A DNA stretch of 64,000 nt, taken from contig CAJIYP010000004.1 of assembly GCA_905181705.1 (NCBI GenBank), positions 61,196-125,195 on the forward strand. The letters run 5' to 3'. The stretch is from Cryomorphaceae bacterium BACL29 MAG-121220-bin8. Its GTDB lineage: Bacteria > Bacteroidota > Bacteroidia > Flavobacteriales > Flavobacteriaceae. Both the position numbers and the translations under genes were made by a program. The notes beneath the pieces were generated by a model that was given only the letters and a program-made list of their open reading frames with translations, made no database searches and was not told the origin of the DNA. Shown here in pieces: positions 20,080-30,454 of the stretch (position 1 is its first letter; the number at the start of each line of letters is the position of its first letter).

Positions 20080-21441
20080 ATGTATACAGTTACAAAAAAT
20101 ATAAAAATATTTTGCTTTACTTTAATGGCAATTGGGTTTATTGGACTTGCATATGGATTTTATACGGCTCCTCAGTCTATTGAAGAATCAAAAGCAATAG
20201 TAGCTTCTTATTCAGACGATGGGCACGGTTCCGACCATAGTTTTAACTCTGAGCATGCTACAGACTCCCATGAATCAGATCATGCTGAGACTTCAGATCA
20301 AAAAGAAGAAAAGCACGGTTCTGGAGAGCATTCTGTTTCTCATGATGAACATGTTTACCATCAATTAAGTAATAGACCTTGGTCTGCCTTGTATGTTGCT
20401 GCATTATTTTTCTTCCTTATCTCGTTAGGAACACTAGCTTTTTATGCGATTCAACGCGCATCTCAAGCAGGTTGGTCTCCTATACTTTTTAGGGTTATGG
20501 AGGGTATTACAGGCTATTTGTTGCCAGGCTCTATTATTGTACTAATAATTTTAGTTTTATGTACGATGCATTTGAATCATGTGTTTGTGTGGATGGATCC
20601 TGAAGTTGTAGCACACGATAAAATAATTCAAGCAAAGTCAGGATATTTAAATTCACAATTTTTTATTGGCAGAGCAATATTTTATATATTAGGATGGAAT
20701 TTATACAGATTCTTCTCAAGAAAGCTCTCTCTTGCTCAAGATCAAGCCAAAGATATTTCAAATCATAAAAAAAACTTTCAACTTTCAGCTGGATTTTTAG
20801 CTTTTTTCATAGTAACGGAGTCAATGATGTCATGGGATTGGATTATGTCTGTAGATCCACATTGGTTTAGTACTCTTTTCGGATGGTATGTCTTTGCTAG
20901 TATGTTTGTTTCCGGAATTACTACAATTGCTCTTGTAACAATTTATTTAAAATCTCAAGGGTACTTGACTAAAGTGAATAATAACCACATGCATGATTTA
21001 GCTAAATTTATGTTTGGAGTAAGTGTCTTTTGGGCTTATCTTTGGTTTTCTCAATTTATGCTAATATGGTATGCAAATATTCCAGAAGAAGTAACGTATT
21101 TTGTTACAAGAATAGAAGATTATCCTTTACCCTTTTGGGGCATGTTAGTTACTAATCTAATTTTTCCATTTTTTGTTTTAATGAATAGCGATTATAAGAG
21201 AATTAACTGGCTGATTGTAATGACAGGTTTGGTTATTTTGTTTGGACATTACTTAGATTTTTACAACATGATAATGCCAGCTACTGTTGGAGATCAGTGG
21301 TACATTGGTATTCCTGAAATAGGAGGAATAATGTTCTTTGCTGGTTTATTTATATATGTTGTTTTAAACACTATTTCCAAAGTTCCTTTAGAGCCTAGTG
21401 GAGACCCCTTGTTTAAAGAAAGTGAAAAATTTGTTTATTAA
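20080..21441 (+). CDS. actF: alternative complex III subunit ActF (second NrfD-like membrane subunit)
   Basis: 453-aa polytopic membrane protein at the end of the act block. Carries a His/Asp/Ser/Glu-rich loop after TM1. Confidence 0.75.
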   Translation: MYTVTKNIKIFCFTLMAIGFIGLAYGFYTAPQSIEESKAIVASYSDDGHGSDHSFNSEHATDSHESDHAETSDQKEEKHGSGEHSVSHDEHVYHQLSNRPWSALYVAALFFFLISLGTLAFYAIQRASQAGWSPILFRVMEGITGYLLPGSIIVLIILVLCTMHLNHVFVWMDPEVVAHDKIIQAKSGYLNSQFFIGRAIFYILGWNLYRFFSRKLSLAQDQAKDISNHKKNFQLSAGFLAFFIVTESMMSWDWIMSVDPHWFSTLFGWYVFASMFVSGITTIALVTIYLKSQGYLTKVNNNHMHDLAKFMFGVSVFWAYLWFSQFMLIWYANIPEEVTYFVTRIEDYPLPFWGMLVTNLIFPFFVLMNSDYKRINWLIVMTGLVILFGHYLDFYNMIMPATVGDQWYIGIPEIGGIMFFAGLFIYVVLNTISKVPLEPSGDPLFKESEKFVY

Positions 21442-21450
21442 ATATTTGAG

Positions 21451-22533
21451 ATGATAGGATTATTAACTGTTGCGGTATTGCTTTTGATGGGAATTGCTAT
21501 TTGGCAAATCAATAATATTTATCAATTAATTCAAAATAGTACTAGTAATAAAAGAGATAATTCCCAAATAGCAACGGAAAAAGACAACGATACTCAAGGA
21601 AAGCTAATGTTTGCTTTTCTTGTATTTATTTATATTGTTACTATATATTGTTTTTGGGCATATTCCAAAGTTCTTTTACCTGAAGCTGCTTCTGAACACG
21701 GAGTACCGTATGATCGTCTTCTTTGGATATCCTTTGCTATTATTTTATTTGCACAAACAATTACTCAAGCACTTTTGCATTACTTTGCCTACAAGTACAG
21801 GGGAATAAATAACAGAAAAGCATTCTTTTTTACCCATGATAATAATTTAGAGCTTATTTGGACTGTAATTCCTGCAATTGTTTTTTTCTGTTTAATTATT
21901 TATGGAATGTTGACTTGGTCAAATATCATGAATTTTAATGAACAGGATGAAGACGCTATAGTTATAGAGCTTTATGCTCAACAATGGAACTGGAAAGCTA
22001 GGTATGGTGGTCAAGATAATGTGCTAGGAGACGCGAATGTTAGATTTTTAAACGATTATGATGGAAGAAATTCTGTTGGTATTGATTCCTCTGACCCTAA
22101 TGGCTGGGATGATATAGTAGTTACCCAAGAATTTCATATTCCTGTTAATCGCAAAATTATATTTAAAATGAGATCTCAGGATGTTTTACATTCAGCTTAT
22201 ATGCCTCATTTTAGAGCTCAAATGAATTGTGTCCCAGGAATGATAACTGAATTTTCTTTCACGCCAACAAAAACTACTGCTGAAATGAGGATGAATGCGG
22301 ATGTGGCGGCAAAAGTGGAAAGAATTAATAAAATTAGATATAATAAAAGTAAAGAATTAATAGCCAAAGGAGAGGAAGGTTTAGATTCATACCAATTTGA
22401 TTATTTATTGCTTTGTGCAAAAATTTGCGGAACTTCACATTATAACATGCAAATGAAAATTGTTGTAGATTCCGAAAAAGATTATAATAAATGGATTTCA
22501 AGTAAAGAAGCATTTTCATCAATTATGCAATAA
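21451..22533 (+). CDS. coxB: cytochrome c oxidase subunit II (no fused cytochrome c domain)
   Basis: Two or three N-terminal TM helices. CuA ligands DVLHSAYMP and CAKICGTSHYNM. No CxxCH motif. Confidence 0.85.
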   Translation: MIGLLTVAVLLLMGIAIWQINNIYQLIQNSTSNKRDNSQIATEKDNDTQGKLMFAFLVFIYIVTIYCFWAYSKVLLPEAASEHGVPYDRLLWISFAIILFAQTITQALLHYFAYKYRGINNRKAFFFTHDNNLELIWTVIPAIVFFCLIIYGMLTWSNIMNFNEQDEDAIVIELYAQQWNWKARYGGQDNVLGDANVRFLNDYDGRNSVGIDSSDPNGWDDIVVTQEFHIPVNRKIIFKMRSQDVLHSAYMPHFRAQMNCVPGMITEFSFTPTKTTAEMRMNADVAAKVERINKIRYNKSKELIAKGEEGLDSYQFDYLLLCAKICGTSHYNMQMKIVVDSEKDYNKWISSKEAFSSIMQ

Positions 22534-22561
22534 TTTGATTTTTTAAAAGGATATTAAAAAA

Positions 22562-24421
22562 ATGGAAGGTAAAAAAGATAAAAACCCAAGAATTAGAGTA
22601 AAAATGGATTCAACAGAGTTTGGAGATTTACTTAATGATGGTAATAAAAGTTCTGACTTTCATCAAGAACACCATCATAAAGAAACTTTTATAACTAAAT
22701 ATATTTTTAGTCAAGATCATAAAATGATAGCTAAACAATATCTTATTACTGGGGTTTTGTTTATGGGTTTTATTGGAATTGCCTTGTCCTTGTTGTTTAG
22801 ATTACAACTTGCTTGGCCTGAAGAATCTTTTGCTGTTTTTGATATATTTCTTGGGAAATGGGCGCCAGAAGGTGTGATGGATCCAAATATATATTTGGCT
22901 TTAGTTACTATACATGGAACTATCATGGTTTTCTTTGTTTTAACAGCTGGGCTAAGTGGAACATTTAGTAATTTATTAATTCCATTACAAATAGGAGCTA
23001 GGGATATGGCATCTGGCTTTTTAAATATGGTTTCGTTCTGGTTATTCTTTCTTTCAAGCGCAATAATGCTATCTTCTTTATTTGTTGAAGCTGGCCCAGC
23101 AGCGGCAGGATGGACTATTTATCCACCATTAAGTGCATTGCCTCAGGCTCAATCTGGTTCTGGAATGGGAATGACCTTATGGTTAATTTCTATGGCAATT
23201 TTTGTAGCTTCGTCTCTTTTAGGATCTCTAAACTATATAGTTACAGTTATTAATTTAAGAACTAAAGGAATGTCATTATTTAGAATGCCACTGACCATAT
23301 GGGCATTTTTTGTAACTGCCATAATCGGGGTAATTTCTTTTCCAGTTTTATTATCCGCTGCACTACTTTTAATTATGGACAGAAGTTTTGGGACCTCCTT
23401 CTTTCTTTCGGATATTTTTATTCAAGGAGAGGTTTTACATTACCAAGGTGGATCACCGGTTTTGTTTGAACATTTATTTTGGTTTTTAGGACATCCAGAA
23501 GTATATATAGTTTTATTACCTGCTCTTGGAATAACATCAGAAATTATTGCTACAAGTTCAAGGAAGCCAATTTTTGGTTACAGAGCAATGGTAGCTTCTA
23601 TTATAGCTATTGCATTCTTATCAACTGTCGTTTGGGGACATCATATGTTCATCTCAGGAATGAATCCTTTTTTAGGATCTGTATTTACATTTACAACCCT
23701 TCTAATTGCAATACCTTCAGCCGTTAAAGCCTTTAACTATATCACTACTTTATGGAAAGGAAACCTTCAATTTAACCCAGGAATGCTTTTTTCTATCGGC
23801 TTAGTTTCGACTTTTATTACAGGAGGTTTAACCGGAATTATCTTAGGGGATAGCACTTTAGACATTAATATTCACGACACTTATTTTGTAGTAGCTCATT
23901 TCCATCTAGTTATGGGAATTTCTGCTCTTTATGGTCTTTTTGCTGGAGTATATCATTGGTTCCCAAAATTATTTGGAAGAATGATGAATAAGAATTTAGG
24001 ATATATCCACTTTTGGGTAACGGCAATTTCGGCTTATGGAGTATTTTTTCCTATGCACTTTATTGGTATGGCAGGATTACCTAGAAGATACTATACAAAT
24101 ACCGCTTTCCCTTATTTTGATGACTTAGCAGATATTAATGTAGTTATTACACTTTTTGCTCTTTTGGCTGGAGCAGCCCAACTAGTTTTCTTGTATAATT
24201 TTATTGCTAGTATGTTTTTTGGAAAAGTTGCAGAGCAGAATCCGTGGAGGTCGAATACTTTAGAATGGACAACCCCCGTTAAACACCTTCATGGAAATTG
24301 GCCTGGAGAAATTCCACATGTTCACAGATGGGCATACGATTATAGTAAACCAGGTCAGAAAGAAGACTTTGTTTCTCAAATAGTCCCAATTGGAGAAAAT
24401 GAAGAAATTTCAGAACATTAG
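22562..24421 (+). CDS. ctaD: cytochrome c oxidase subunit I
   Basis: 619 aa. Haem-copper oxidase signatures WFLGHPEVYIVLLP and GHHMFISG. Confidence 0.95.
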   Translation: MEGKKDKNPRIRVKMDSTEFGDLLNDGNKSSDFHQEHHHKETFITKYIFSQDHKMIAKQYLITGVLFMGFIGIALSLLFRLQLAWPEESFAVFDIFLGKWAPEGVMDPNIYLALVTIHGTIMVFFVLTAGLSGTFSNLLIPLQIGARDMASGFLNMVSFWLFFLSSAIMLSSLFVEAGPAAAGWTIYPPLSALPQAQSGSGMGMTLWLISMAIFVASSLLGSLNYIVTVINLRTKGMSLFRMPLTIWAFFVTAIIGVISFPVLLSAALLLIMDRSFGTSFFLSDIFIQGEVLHYQGGSPVLFEHLFWFLGHPEVYIVLLPALGITSEIIATSSRKPIFGYRAMVASIIAIAFLSTVVWGHHMFISGMNPFLGSVFTFTTLLIAIPSAVKAFNYITTLWKGNLQFNPGMLFSIGLVSTFITGGLTGIILGDSTLDINIHDTYFVVAHFHLVMGISALYGLFAGVYHWFPKLFGRMMNKNLGYIHFWVTAISAYGVFFPMHFIGMAGLPRRYYTNTAFPYFDDLADINVVITLFALLAGAAQLVFLYNFIASMFFGKVAEQNPWRSNTLEWTTPVKHLHGNWPGEIPHVHRWAYDYSKPGQKEDFVSQIVPIGENEEISEH

Positions 24422-24473
24422 CTTTATTTTTTTTAATTAAATAAGGATTTGCTTTTTGCTTATATTTGGTTTA

Positions 24474-25496
24474 ATGAATGAAAACTTAGACCCAACAGAT
24501 TCTAACTTTACTAATGAAGAAGTCGAATTAGATAAGGCACTAAGGCCTCTAAGCTTTGATGATTTCGCAGGCCAAGATCAAATTTTAGATAATTTAAGAA
24601 TTTTTGTTGAAGCATGTAATCAAAGGTCAGATGCATTAGATCATACATTATTTCATGGCCCACCTGGATTAGGTAAAACAACATTAGCACATATTGTCGC
24701 TAATGAGTTAGGAGTCAATCTTAAAGTAACATCTGGACCAGTTTTAGATAAGCCAGGAGACCTAGCAGGTTTGCTTACAAATCTAGAGCCAAGAGATGTT
24801 CTTTTTATAGATGAAATACACAGGTTGAGTCCAATAGTTGAAGAATATTTATATTCTGCAATGGAAGATTATAAGATTGATATCATGATTGAATCTGGTC
24901 CAAATGCAAGAACTGTTCAAATTAATTTGAATCCCTTTACCTTGATAGGTGCAACTACTAGATCTGGACTGCTTACGGCACCAATGAGAGCCAGATTTGG
25001 AATTAATAGTAGACTAGAGTATTATAAAACGGAACTTTTATCTACAATCGTTGTGAGAAGTTCCGAAATATTAGAAATTAAGATTGCTAATCAAGCAGCA
25101 ATTGAAATTGCAGGAAGAAGTAGAGGAACTCCTAGAATTTCTAATTCACTTTTAAGAAGAGTAAGAGATTTTGCCCAGATTAAAGGAAATGGAGATATTG
25201 ATATTGATATAACAAAGTACGCCTTGAAATCTTTAAATGTTGATAAACATGGATTAGATGAAATGGACAACAAAATTTTAACCACTTTAATTGATAAATT
25301 TAAAGGAGGTCCAGTGGGAATAAGTACTTTGTCTACTGCTGTTTCTGAAAGTTCTGAAACTTTGGAAGAGGTGTATGAACCTTTTTTAATCCAGCAAGGC
25401 TTTATAGTAAGAACCCCTAGGGGAAGAGAAGTTACAAAATTAGCATATGACCATTTAGGCAAAAAGAAACTTAACTCTCAAGATGAATTATTTTAA
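24474..25496 (+). CDS. ruvB: Holliday junction branch migration ATPase RuvB
   Basis: Walker [10 protein letters not shown] and Walker [10 protein letters not shown]. The ATG at 24474 is preferred over the TTG at 24456 because a TAnnTTTG box (TATATTTG, 24461-24468) lies between them. Confidence 0.95.
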   Translation: MNENLDPTDSNFTNEEVELDKALRPLSFDDFAGQDQILDNLRIFVEACNQRSDALDHTLFHGPPGLGKTTLAHIVANELGVNLKVTSGPVLDKPGDLAGLLTNLEPRDVLFIDEIHRLSPIVEEYLYSAMEDYKIDIMIESGPNARTVQINLNPFTLIGATTRSGLLTAPMRARFGINSRLEYYKTELLSTIVVRSSEILEIKIANQAAIEIAGRSRGTPRISNSLLRRVRDFAQIKGNGDIDIDITKYALKSLNVDKHGLDEMDNKILTTLIDKFKGGPVGISTLSTAVSESSETLEEVYEPFLIQQGFIVRTPRGREVTKLAYDHLGKKKLNSQDELF

Positions 25497-25507
25497 TTGA
25501 ATATTGT

Positions 25508-26764
25508 ATGACAACTATAAGTAGACTCCACCGAATTTTTTATGACTTTTTAATAAGTGTTAAACTGCCATCTTTATATGCAGAAGTTTTAAATTTAGTA
25601 TTATTGACAGTATTAGTCTTTATAGTTGCAACTATTCTAAATTATTTTTTTAAAAACTCAATTTCCAAAATTTTTAAAAGTTTATCAAAAAACACGAAGA
25701 CTAATTTTGATGACTATTTAATTGAAAATAAAACCCCAGTATATATAGCTAAATTAGTTCCTGTATTTTTTATATATAAAGTTATTCCTTTCTGGTTTTT
25801 TGATTTCGAAATGTTTATTGAGTATGCTTTTCTTGCATTGGAGGTATATCTTGTTTTTTTATCTGTTTGGATTGTAAAAAGTGTTTTAAGGTCTGTCAAA
25901 TTCTATTTAAAAACAGTAGATTCTTTGAAAGATAAACCTATAGAAAGTTTTATTCAGGTTATATTAATTTTTGTTTGGTTTGTAGCTGTCTTAAATATTT
26001 TTTCAATTGTAACTGGGAAAGAAATAACAACTTTTTTAACCGCAATGGGCGCTCTTTCTGCTGTCATTCTTTTGATATTTAAGGATACAATTCTAGGTTT
26101 TGTAGCAAGTATTCAGTTAAGCACAAATGATTTAATAAGGATTGGGGATTGGGTAACGATGAAACAATATGGTGCCGACGGTGATGTGATAGAGATTAAT
26201 CTTAATTCTGTTAAAATTCAAAATTTTGATAAAACAATTACAACCATACCAACTTATAAGCTAATATCGGATTCCTTTAAAAATTGGAGAGGAATGAGTG
26301 ATTCTGATGGAAGAAGAATAAAGAGATCTCTTTTAATAAAAGGATCTTCTGTGAAATTTATTGATAAGACAGAATTAGAACAGTTGAAAAAAATAAAATT
26401 GATTGAAGATTTTATAATCAACAAGCAGAAAGAAATAGAATCACATAATTCTAGTATAAATATGGACAAATCTATTTTAGTAAATGGGAGGAACTTAACC
26501 AATTTAGGTCTTTTTAGAAATTATATTGAAAAATATTTAGAGGATGCGTCATTTATTAATAGTGAAATGACAGTCATGTGTAGACAATTGTCTCCTACTC
26601 CTCAAGGAATTCCTTTAGAAATTTATGCTTTTAGCAGCAATAAAGAATGGAAAGAATATGAGCATATAATGTCTGATATTTTTGATCATCTATTGGCGTC
26701 TTTAAACACTTTCCATTTAGAAATGTTTGAGTACCCATCTTCATTAAAAGGCTTAAATGATTAG
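25508..26764 (+). CDS. mechanosensitive ion channel family protein (MscS-like)
   Basis: 418 aa. About 5 TM helices followed by the MscS beta-domain pattern IGDWVTM…GDVIEINLNSVKIQNFDKTITTIPT. Confidence 0.8.
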   Translation: MTTISRLHRIFYDFLISVKLPSLYAEVLNLVLLTVLVFIVATILNYFFKNSISKIFKSLSKNTKTNFDDYLIENKTPVYIAKLVPVFFIYKVIPFWFFDFEMFIEYAFLALEVYLVFLSVWIVKSVLRSVKFYLKTVDSLKDKPIESFIQVILIFVWFVAVLNIFSIVTGKEITTFLTAMGALSAVILLIFKDTILGFVASIQLSTNDLIRIGDWVTMKQYGADGDVIEINLNSVKIQNFDKTITTIPTYKLISDSFKNWRGMSDSDGRRIKRSLLIKGSSVKFIDKTELEQLKKIKLIEDFIINKQKEIESHNSSINMDKSILVNGRNLTNLGLFRNYIEKYLEDASFINSEMTVMCRQLSPTPQGIPLEIYAFSSNKEWKEYEHIMSDIFDHLLASLNTFHLEMFEYPSSLKGLND

Positions 26765-27260
26765 AAAAGCAACTTATACAATAGTTTTATTATTTAGTTT
26801 TTTTTCTTTTTCTCAGACTGAAAATTGCACTTCAATTTATTTAATAAGACATGCTGAAAAAAACAGAGTTGAAAAAACAAATAAAAACCCTCACTTAAAC
26901 AGAAAAGGAATTGTCAGAGCAGCCAGGTGGAGTGATGTTTTAAGAAATATAAAATTTGATAAAGTTTTTTCTACAAACTTGTTTAGAACTTTAGAGACTG
27001 CAGATCCTATTTTAAAAGCCAATGATTTAAAAGTCATTAAATACTCCCCCTCTAAACAGTTTTATAATAATTTTATTGAACAAAATAACGGAATAACAAC
27101 TTTGATTGTTGGGCACAGTAATACAACTCCCTCATTTGTTAATTCTTTAATTGAAGAAGATTTTTACGATGACATTGAAGATAATAATAATGGAAATTTA
27201 TACTACGTTCATAAATGTGGAGATGACTTACCGACCCATGTGCTTTATTATATAAATTGA
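26757..27260 (+). CDS. secreted histidine phosphatase family protein (SixA/PGAM-like)
   Basis: Signal peptide. RHAEK catalytic motif near the N-terminus and GHSNT near the C-terminus. Confidence 0.6.
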   Translation: MIRKATYTIVLLFSFFSFSQTENCTSIYLIRHAEKNRVEKTNKNPHLNRKGIVRAARWSDVLRNIKFDKVFSTNLFRTLETADPILKANDLKVIKYSPSKQFYNNFIEQNNGITTLIVGHSNTTPSFVNSLIEEDFYDDIEDNNNGNLYYVHKCGDDLPTHVLYYIN

Positions 27261-27263
27261 AAA

Positions 27264-28238
27264 ATGTATTTTAAAAAACTAAATAAAGTTGAACTGCATC
27301 TTCACTTGGATTGTTCCTTAAGCTATGAGGTTGTAAAAAAAATTAAACCAGAAATTTCAAGAAATCAATACCTCACTGATTTTGTAGGAACAAGCTGTAG
27401 TTGTCTTAAGGACTATATTAAATGCGCTGACAATGCAGTAGCTATAATGCAAACAAAGCAAGAGTTAGAGTATGTTACAATTGATCTTTTTGAACAATTA
27501 AAAAGAGATAATGTTGTTTATGCTGAAATAAGGTTTGCCCCTCTTCTTCATTTAGATAAAGGCTTATCTGCATATCAAGTTGTAAAAATAATTAGTGATA
27601 TTACTTATAAAGAATCAAAGAAAAATGGAATAGAAGCGGGTTTGATTTTATGTACCTTAAGACATTTCACTAAAAAGCAAAGTATCGAAACAGTTGATTT
27701 AGTTAGAGCTTTTAATAAAGCTAATGTTGTTGGGTTTGATATAGCTGCCGACGAGGCAGGTTATCCCTTGGATAATCATATTGATGCATTTAAGTTTGCA
27801 AATAAGAATAATATTCAGTGCACTGCTCATGCAGGCGAAGCGTCTGGCTGTAATAGTGTTTTAGAAACTCTTGATGAATTAAGACCTCAGCGAATTGGAC
27901 ATGGTGTAAGAAGTATTGAGAACTCTATTTTAGTTAGCAGGTTAAAGAAAGAAAAAATCCATCTAGAAATTTGCCTCACAAGTAATATGGTTACAAAAGT
28001 CTATGAAAATTTTTCTGATCATCCAATTGATAAGTTTTATGAAAATGACTTATCTATTAGTGTTAATACCGACGGGCGTTCAATTTCTGACACTAACTTA
28101 AACAAAGAATATTCTCTTCTTTCAAAGCACTTTAAATGGAATAAATCTCATTTTTTAAAATGTAATCTCAATGCTATTAAGGCTTCTTTTGCCAGTCTGA
28201 AAGTAAAAAATAAAATAATTTCTCTTTTAAATTCTTAG
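27264..28238 (+). CDS. add: adenosine deaminase
   Basis: Metal-binding motifs ELHLHLD, TAHAGE and SVNTDG. Confidence 0.85.
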   Translation: MYFKKLNKVELHLHLDCSLSYEVVKKIKPEISRNQYLTDFVGTSCSCLKDYIKCADNAVAIMQTKQELEYVTIDLFEQLKRDNVVYAEIRFAPLLHLDKGLSAYQVVKIISDITYKESKKNGIEAGLILCTLRHFTKKQSIETVDLVRAFNKANVVGFDIAADEAGYPLDNHIDAFKFANKNNIQCTAHAGEASGCNSVLETLDELRPQRIGHGVRSIENSILVSRLKKEKIHLEICLTSNMVTKVYENFSDHPIDKFYENDLSISVNTDGRSISDTNLNKEYSLLSKHFKWNKSHFLKCNLNAIKASFASLKVKNKIISLLNS

Positions 28239-28322
28239 TTTTAGACATTTTACAATGACATATAAGAATTATCGATAATAAACTTGCCGTTTATTGGTTA
28301 GTTTTATCAAAATAAATTTAAT

Positions 28323-28994
28323 TTGACGACAATATCTTTTTTTAAATACAGAAAAAATAAATTTTGGGCTTTTACCCAAATGAGTTTAGCTTTTAAGGTT
28401 TTGAATGAAACTCCAGGAATTTTATTTTTTAAACTTTTAGGTACAGGAGCAGGCAATGGCTTTAGTTTACTTCCTGATTTTTCTACTTATTCAATTATTT
28501 GTGTTTGGGAAGACGAGCTACATGCTACTAAATTTATTAGCGATAGTGACCATTCAAAATTGATTTCCAAAAAAGCCTTTTCAAGAGAAGATTTTTTTTT
28601 AAAAACAATTAAAAGTCATGGCAAATGGGATGGGAAAAACCCTTTTTTTTCAAGTGGAGATGAAGTTGATAAAAAAAATAAAATAGGTATAATTACAAGA
28701 GCAACATTAAACACAAATAGACTGTTGGAGTTCTGGAAATCTGTTCCTAAAGCATCTTTAGCAATAAAAAACGCAGAGGGTGTAGAATGGTTTAAAGGAA
28801 TTGGAGAATGGCCATTTATTCAGCAGGCAACTTTTAGTGTCTGGGATAGTTTAGAATCGGTGAAAAAATTTGCATATAACAAAGGAATTCATTCTGAGAT
28901 AGTTGTTAAAACAAAGAAAAGAAAATGGTATAAAGAAGATCTTTTCGCAAGGTTTGAAATTTTAAAATCTCAATTTAAAATTTTTAAAAATTGA
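28323..28994 (+). CDS. CrtA-related carotenoid oxygenase (spheroidene monooxygenase family; candidate carotenoid 2-hydroxylase)
   Basis: 223 aa, TTG start. The N-terminal pattern TISFFKYRKNKFWAFTQM…PG..FFKLLGTGAGNGF matches my recollection of the CrtA family. Lies next to crtD/cruF. Confidence 0.55.
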   Translation: MTTISFFKYRKNKFWAFTQMSLAFKVLNETPGILFFKLLGTGAGNGFSLLPDFSTYSIICVWEDELHATKFISDSDHSKLISKKAFSREDFFLKTIKSHGKWDGKNPFFSSGDEVDKKNKIGIITRATLNTNRLLEFWKSVPKASLAIKNAEGVEWFKGIGEWPFIQQATFSVWDSLESVKKFAYNKGIHSEIVVKTKKRKWYKEDLFARFEILKSQFKIFKN

Positions 28995-30451
28995 AAAAAG
29001 CAATAATTATTGGTGCTGGAATTGCTGGAATTGCATTAAGTATTCGTTTGAAGAGAAAGGGATATGATGTTGAAGTTTTTGAATCAAATTCTTTTCCTGG
29101 AGGAAAACTTTCCAGCTTTAATTTAGGTCCTTACAGATTTGATGCTGGCCCTTCTTTATTGACTATGCCACATTTCATAGATGAATTGTTCAGTTTATTT
29201 AACGAAGACCCTAAGAGTTATTTTTCATACAAAAAAAAGGATATCTCTTGTAAGTATTTTTGGGAAGATGGAACTAAATTAACTGCTTATTCTGAAAAAG
29301 AAAAGTTTGCTAACGAAGTAGAAAAAAAACTTGGAGTTAAATCTAAAAAACTCTTAAAGTACCTTAAAAAAGCAGAAAAGAAGTATGATTTAACTAAAAC
29401 AATTTTTCTAGAAAAATCTTTAAATAAATTAAGTACTTTTTTAACAATGGATACTTTAAAAAGTATTTTAAGTTTACATCTTTTTCAAATAGGAAAGCCT
29501 TTAAATGATGTGAATGAAGAAGAGTTAGGTGAACCACATTTAGTACAGTTATTTAATAGATTTGCTACTTATAATGGTTCTTCGCCATATAAAACACCTG
29601 GAATGATGACTTTAATTCAGCATCTAGAACAAGAATATGGAACTTTTGTTGCAAGAAATGGAATGGTAGATATTGCTAATTCTCTATTTAAATTAGCAAA
29701 AAAAAAGGGAGTAACGTTTAATTTTAATAATAATGTTACAAAAATTATTTTAAGTAATAATAAGGCTGTTGGTGTTGAAATAAATAAAAAAAAATACTAT
29801 TCTGATATTGTTATTTCTAATATGGATGTAGTCCCTACTTATAATAAATTATTAAATGGTCAGCCTTCTCCAAAAAAGATTTTAAATCAAGAAAGATCTA
29901 GTTCTGCAATTATTTTTTATTGGGGTGTTAAAAAAGAGTTTAAAAATTTAGATTTACATAATATATTGTTTTCAGATAATTACAAAGAGGAATTTGATTC
30001 TATTTTTGAAAAAAAAGAAATTCACAATGATCCTACAATATATATTAATATTACATCTAAAGAAATCTCGGGTGATGCACCATTAAATTGCGAAAATTGG
30101 TTTGTAATGATTAATGCTCCTAATAATTCAGGTCAAGATTGGGAGTACATTACTAATGAATTAAGAAAAAATGTGATAAACAAAATCAACAGGGTATTAA
30201 AAACGGATATTAAACAATATATTGAAAAAGAAAAAATTTATACTCCAATAAATTTGGAAAACAACACACAATCCTACTTAGGTTCATTATACGGTTCGTC
30301 AAGTAATAATAAAATGTCTGCATTTCTTAGGCACCCTAATTTTTCAAATGACATTTTAAATTTATACTTTTGTGGAGGAAGCGTTCATCCTGGAGGGGGC
30401 ATACCGCTTTGTTTGCTTTCAGCAAAAATTGTTTCCAATTTGATTAAATAA
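28991..30451 (+). CDS. crtD: phytoene-desaturase-family carotenoid desaturase (CrtD-like 3,4-desaturase)
   Basis: 486 aa. FAD fold IIIGAGIAGIALSIRL…E.N..PGGK and the C-terminal GGSVHPGGGIP motif. Its TTG start overlaps the upstream stop (TTGA). Confidence 0.75.
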   Translation: MKKAIIIGAGIAGIALSIRLKRKGYDVEVFESNSFPGGKLSSFNLGPYRFDAGPSLLTMPHFIDELFSLFNEDPKSYFSYKKKDISCKYFWEDGTKLTAYSEKEKFANEVEKKLGVKSKKLLKYLKKAEKKYDLTKTIFLEKSLNKLSTFLTMDTLKSILSLHLFQIGKPLNDVNEEELGEPHLVQLFNRFATYNGSSPYKTPGMMTLIQHLEQEYGTFVARNGMVDIANSLFKLAKKKGVTFNFNNNVTKIILSNNKAVGVEINKKKYYSDIVISNMDVVPTYNKLLNGQPSPKKILNQERSSSAIIFYWGVKKEFKNLDLHNILFSDNYKEEFDSIFEKKEIHNDPTIYINITSKEISGDAPLNCENWFVMINAPNNSGQDWEYITNELRKNVINKINRVLKTDIKQYIEKEKIYTPINLENNTQSYLGSLYGSSSNNKMSAFLRHPNFSNDILNLYFCGGSVHPGGGIPLCLLSAKIVSNLIK

Positions 30452-30454
30452 TAA

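Noticed and set aside
25091-25462. A 123-aa antisense ORF inside ruvB. Similar antisense ORFs occur at 2073-2453, 10750-10938, 12247-12492, 37885-38136, 44646-44960 and 57284-57628.
   Set aside because: They lie entirely within well-supported conserved genes on the opposite strand. They have low-complexity or odd composition and no motifs. Such ORFs are typical shadow ORFs in AT-rich DNA.
28277-28295. Hairpin AATAAAC-TTGCC-GTTTATT downstream of add.
   Set aside because: It has only 7 bp with a single G:C pair and no following T-run. It cannot be told apart from chance structure in AT-rich DNA.
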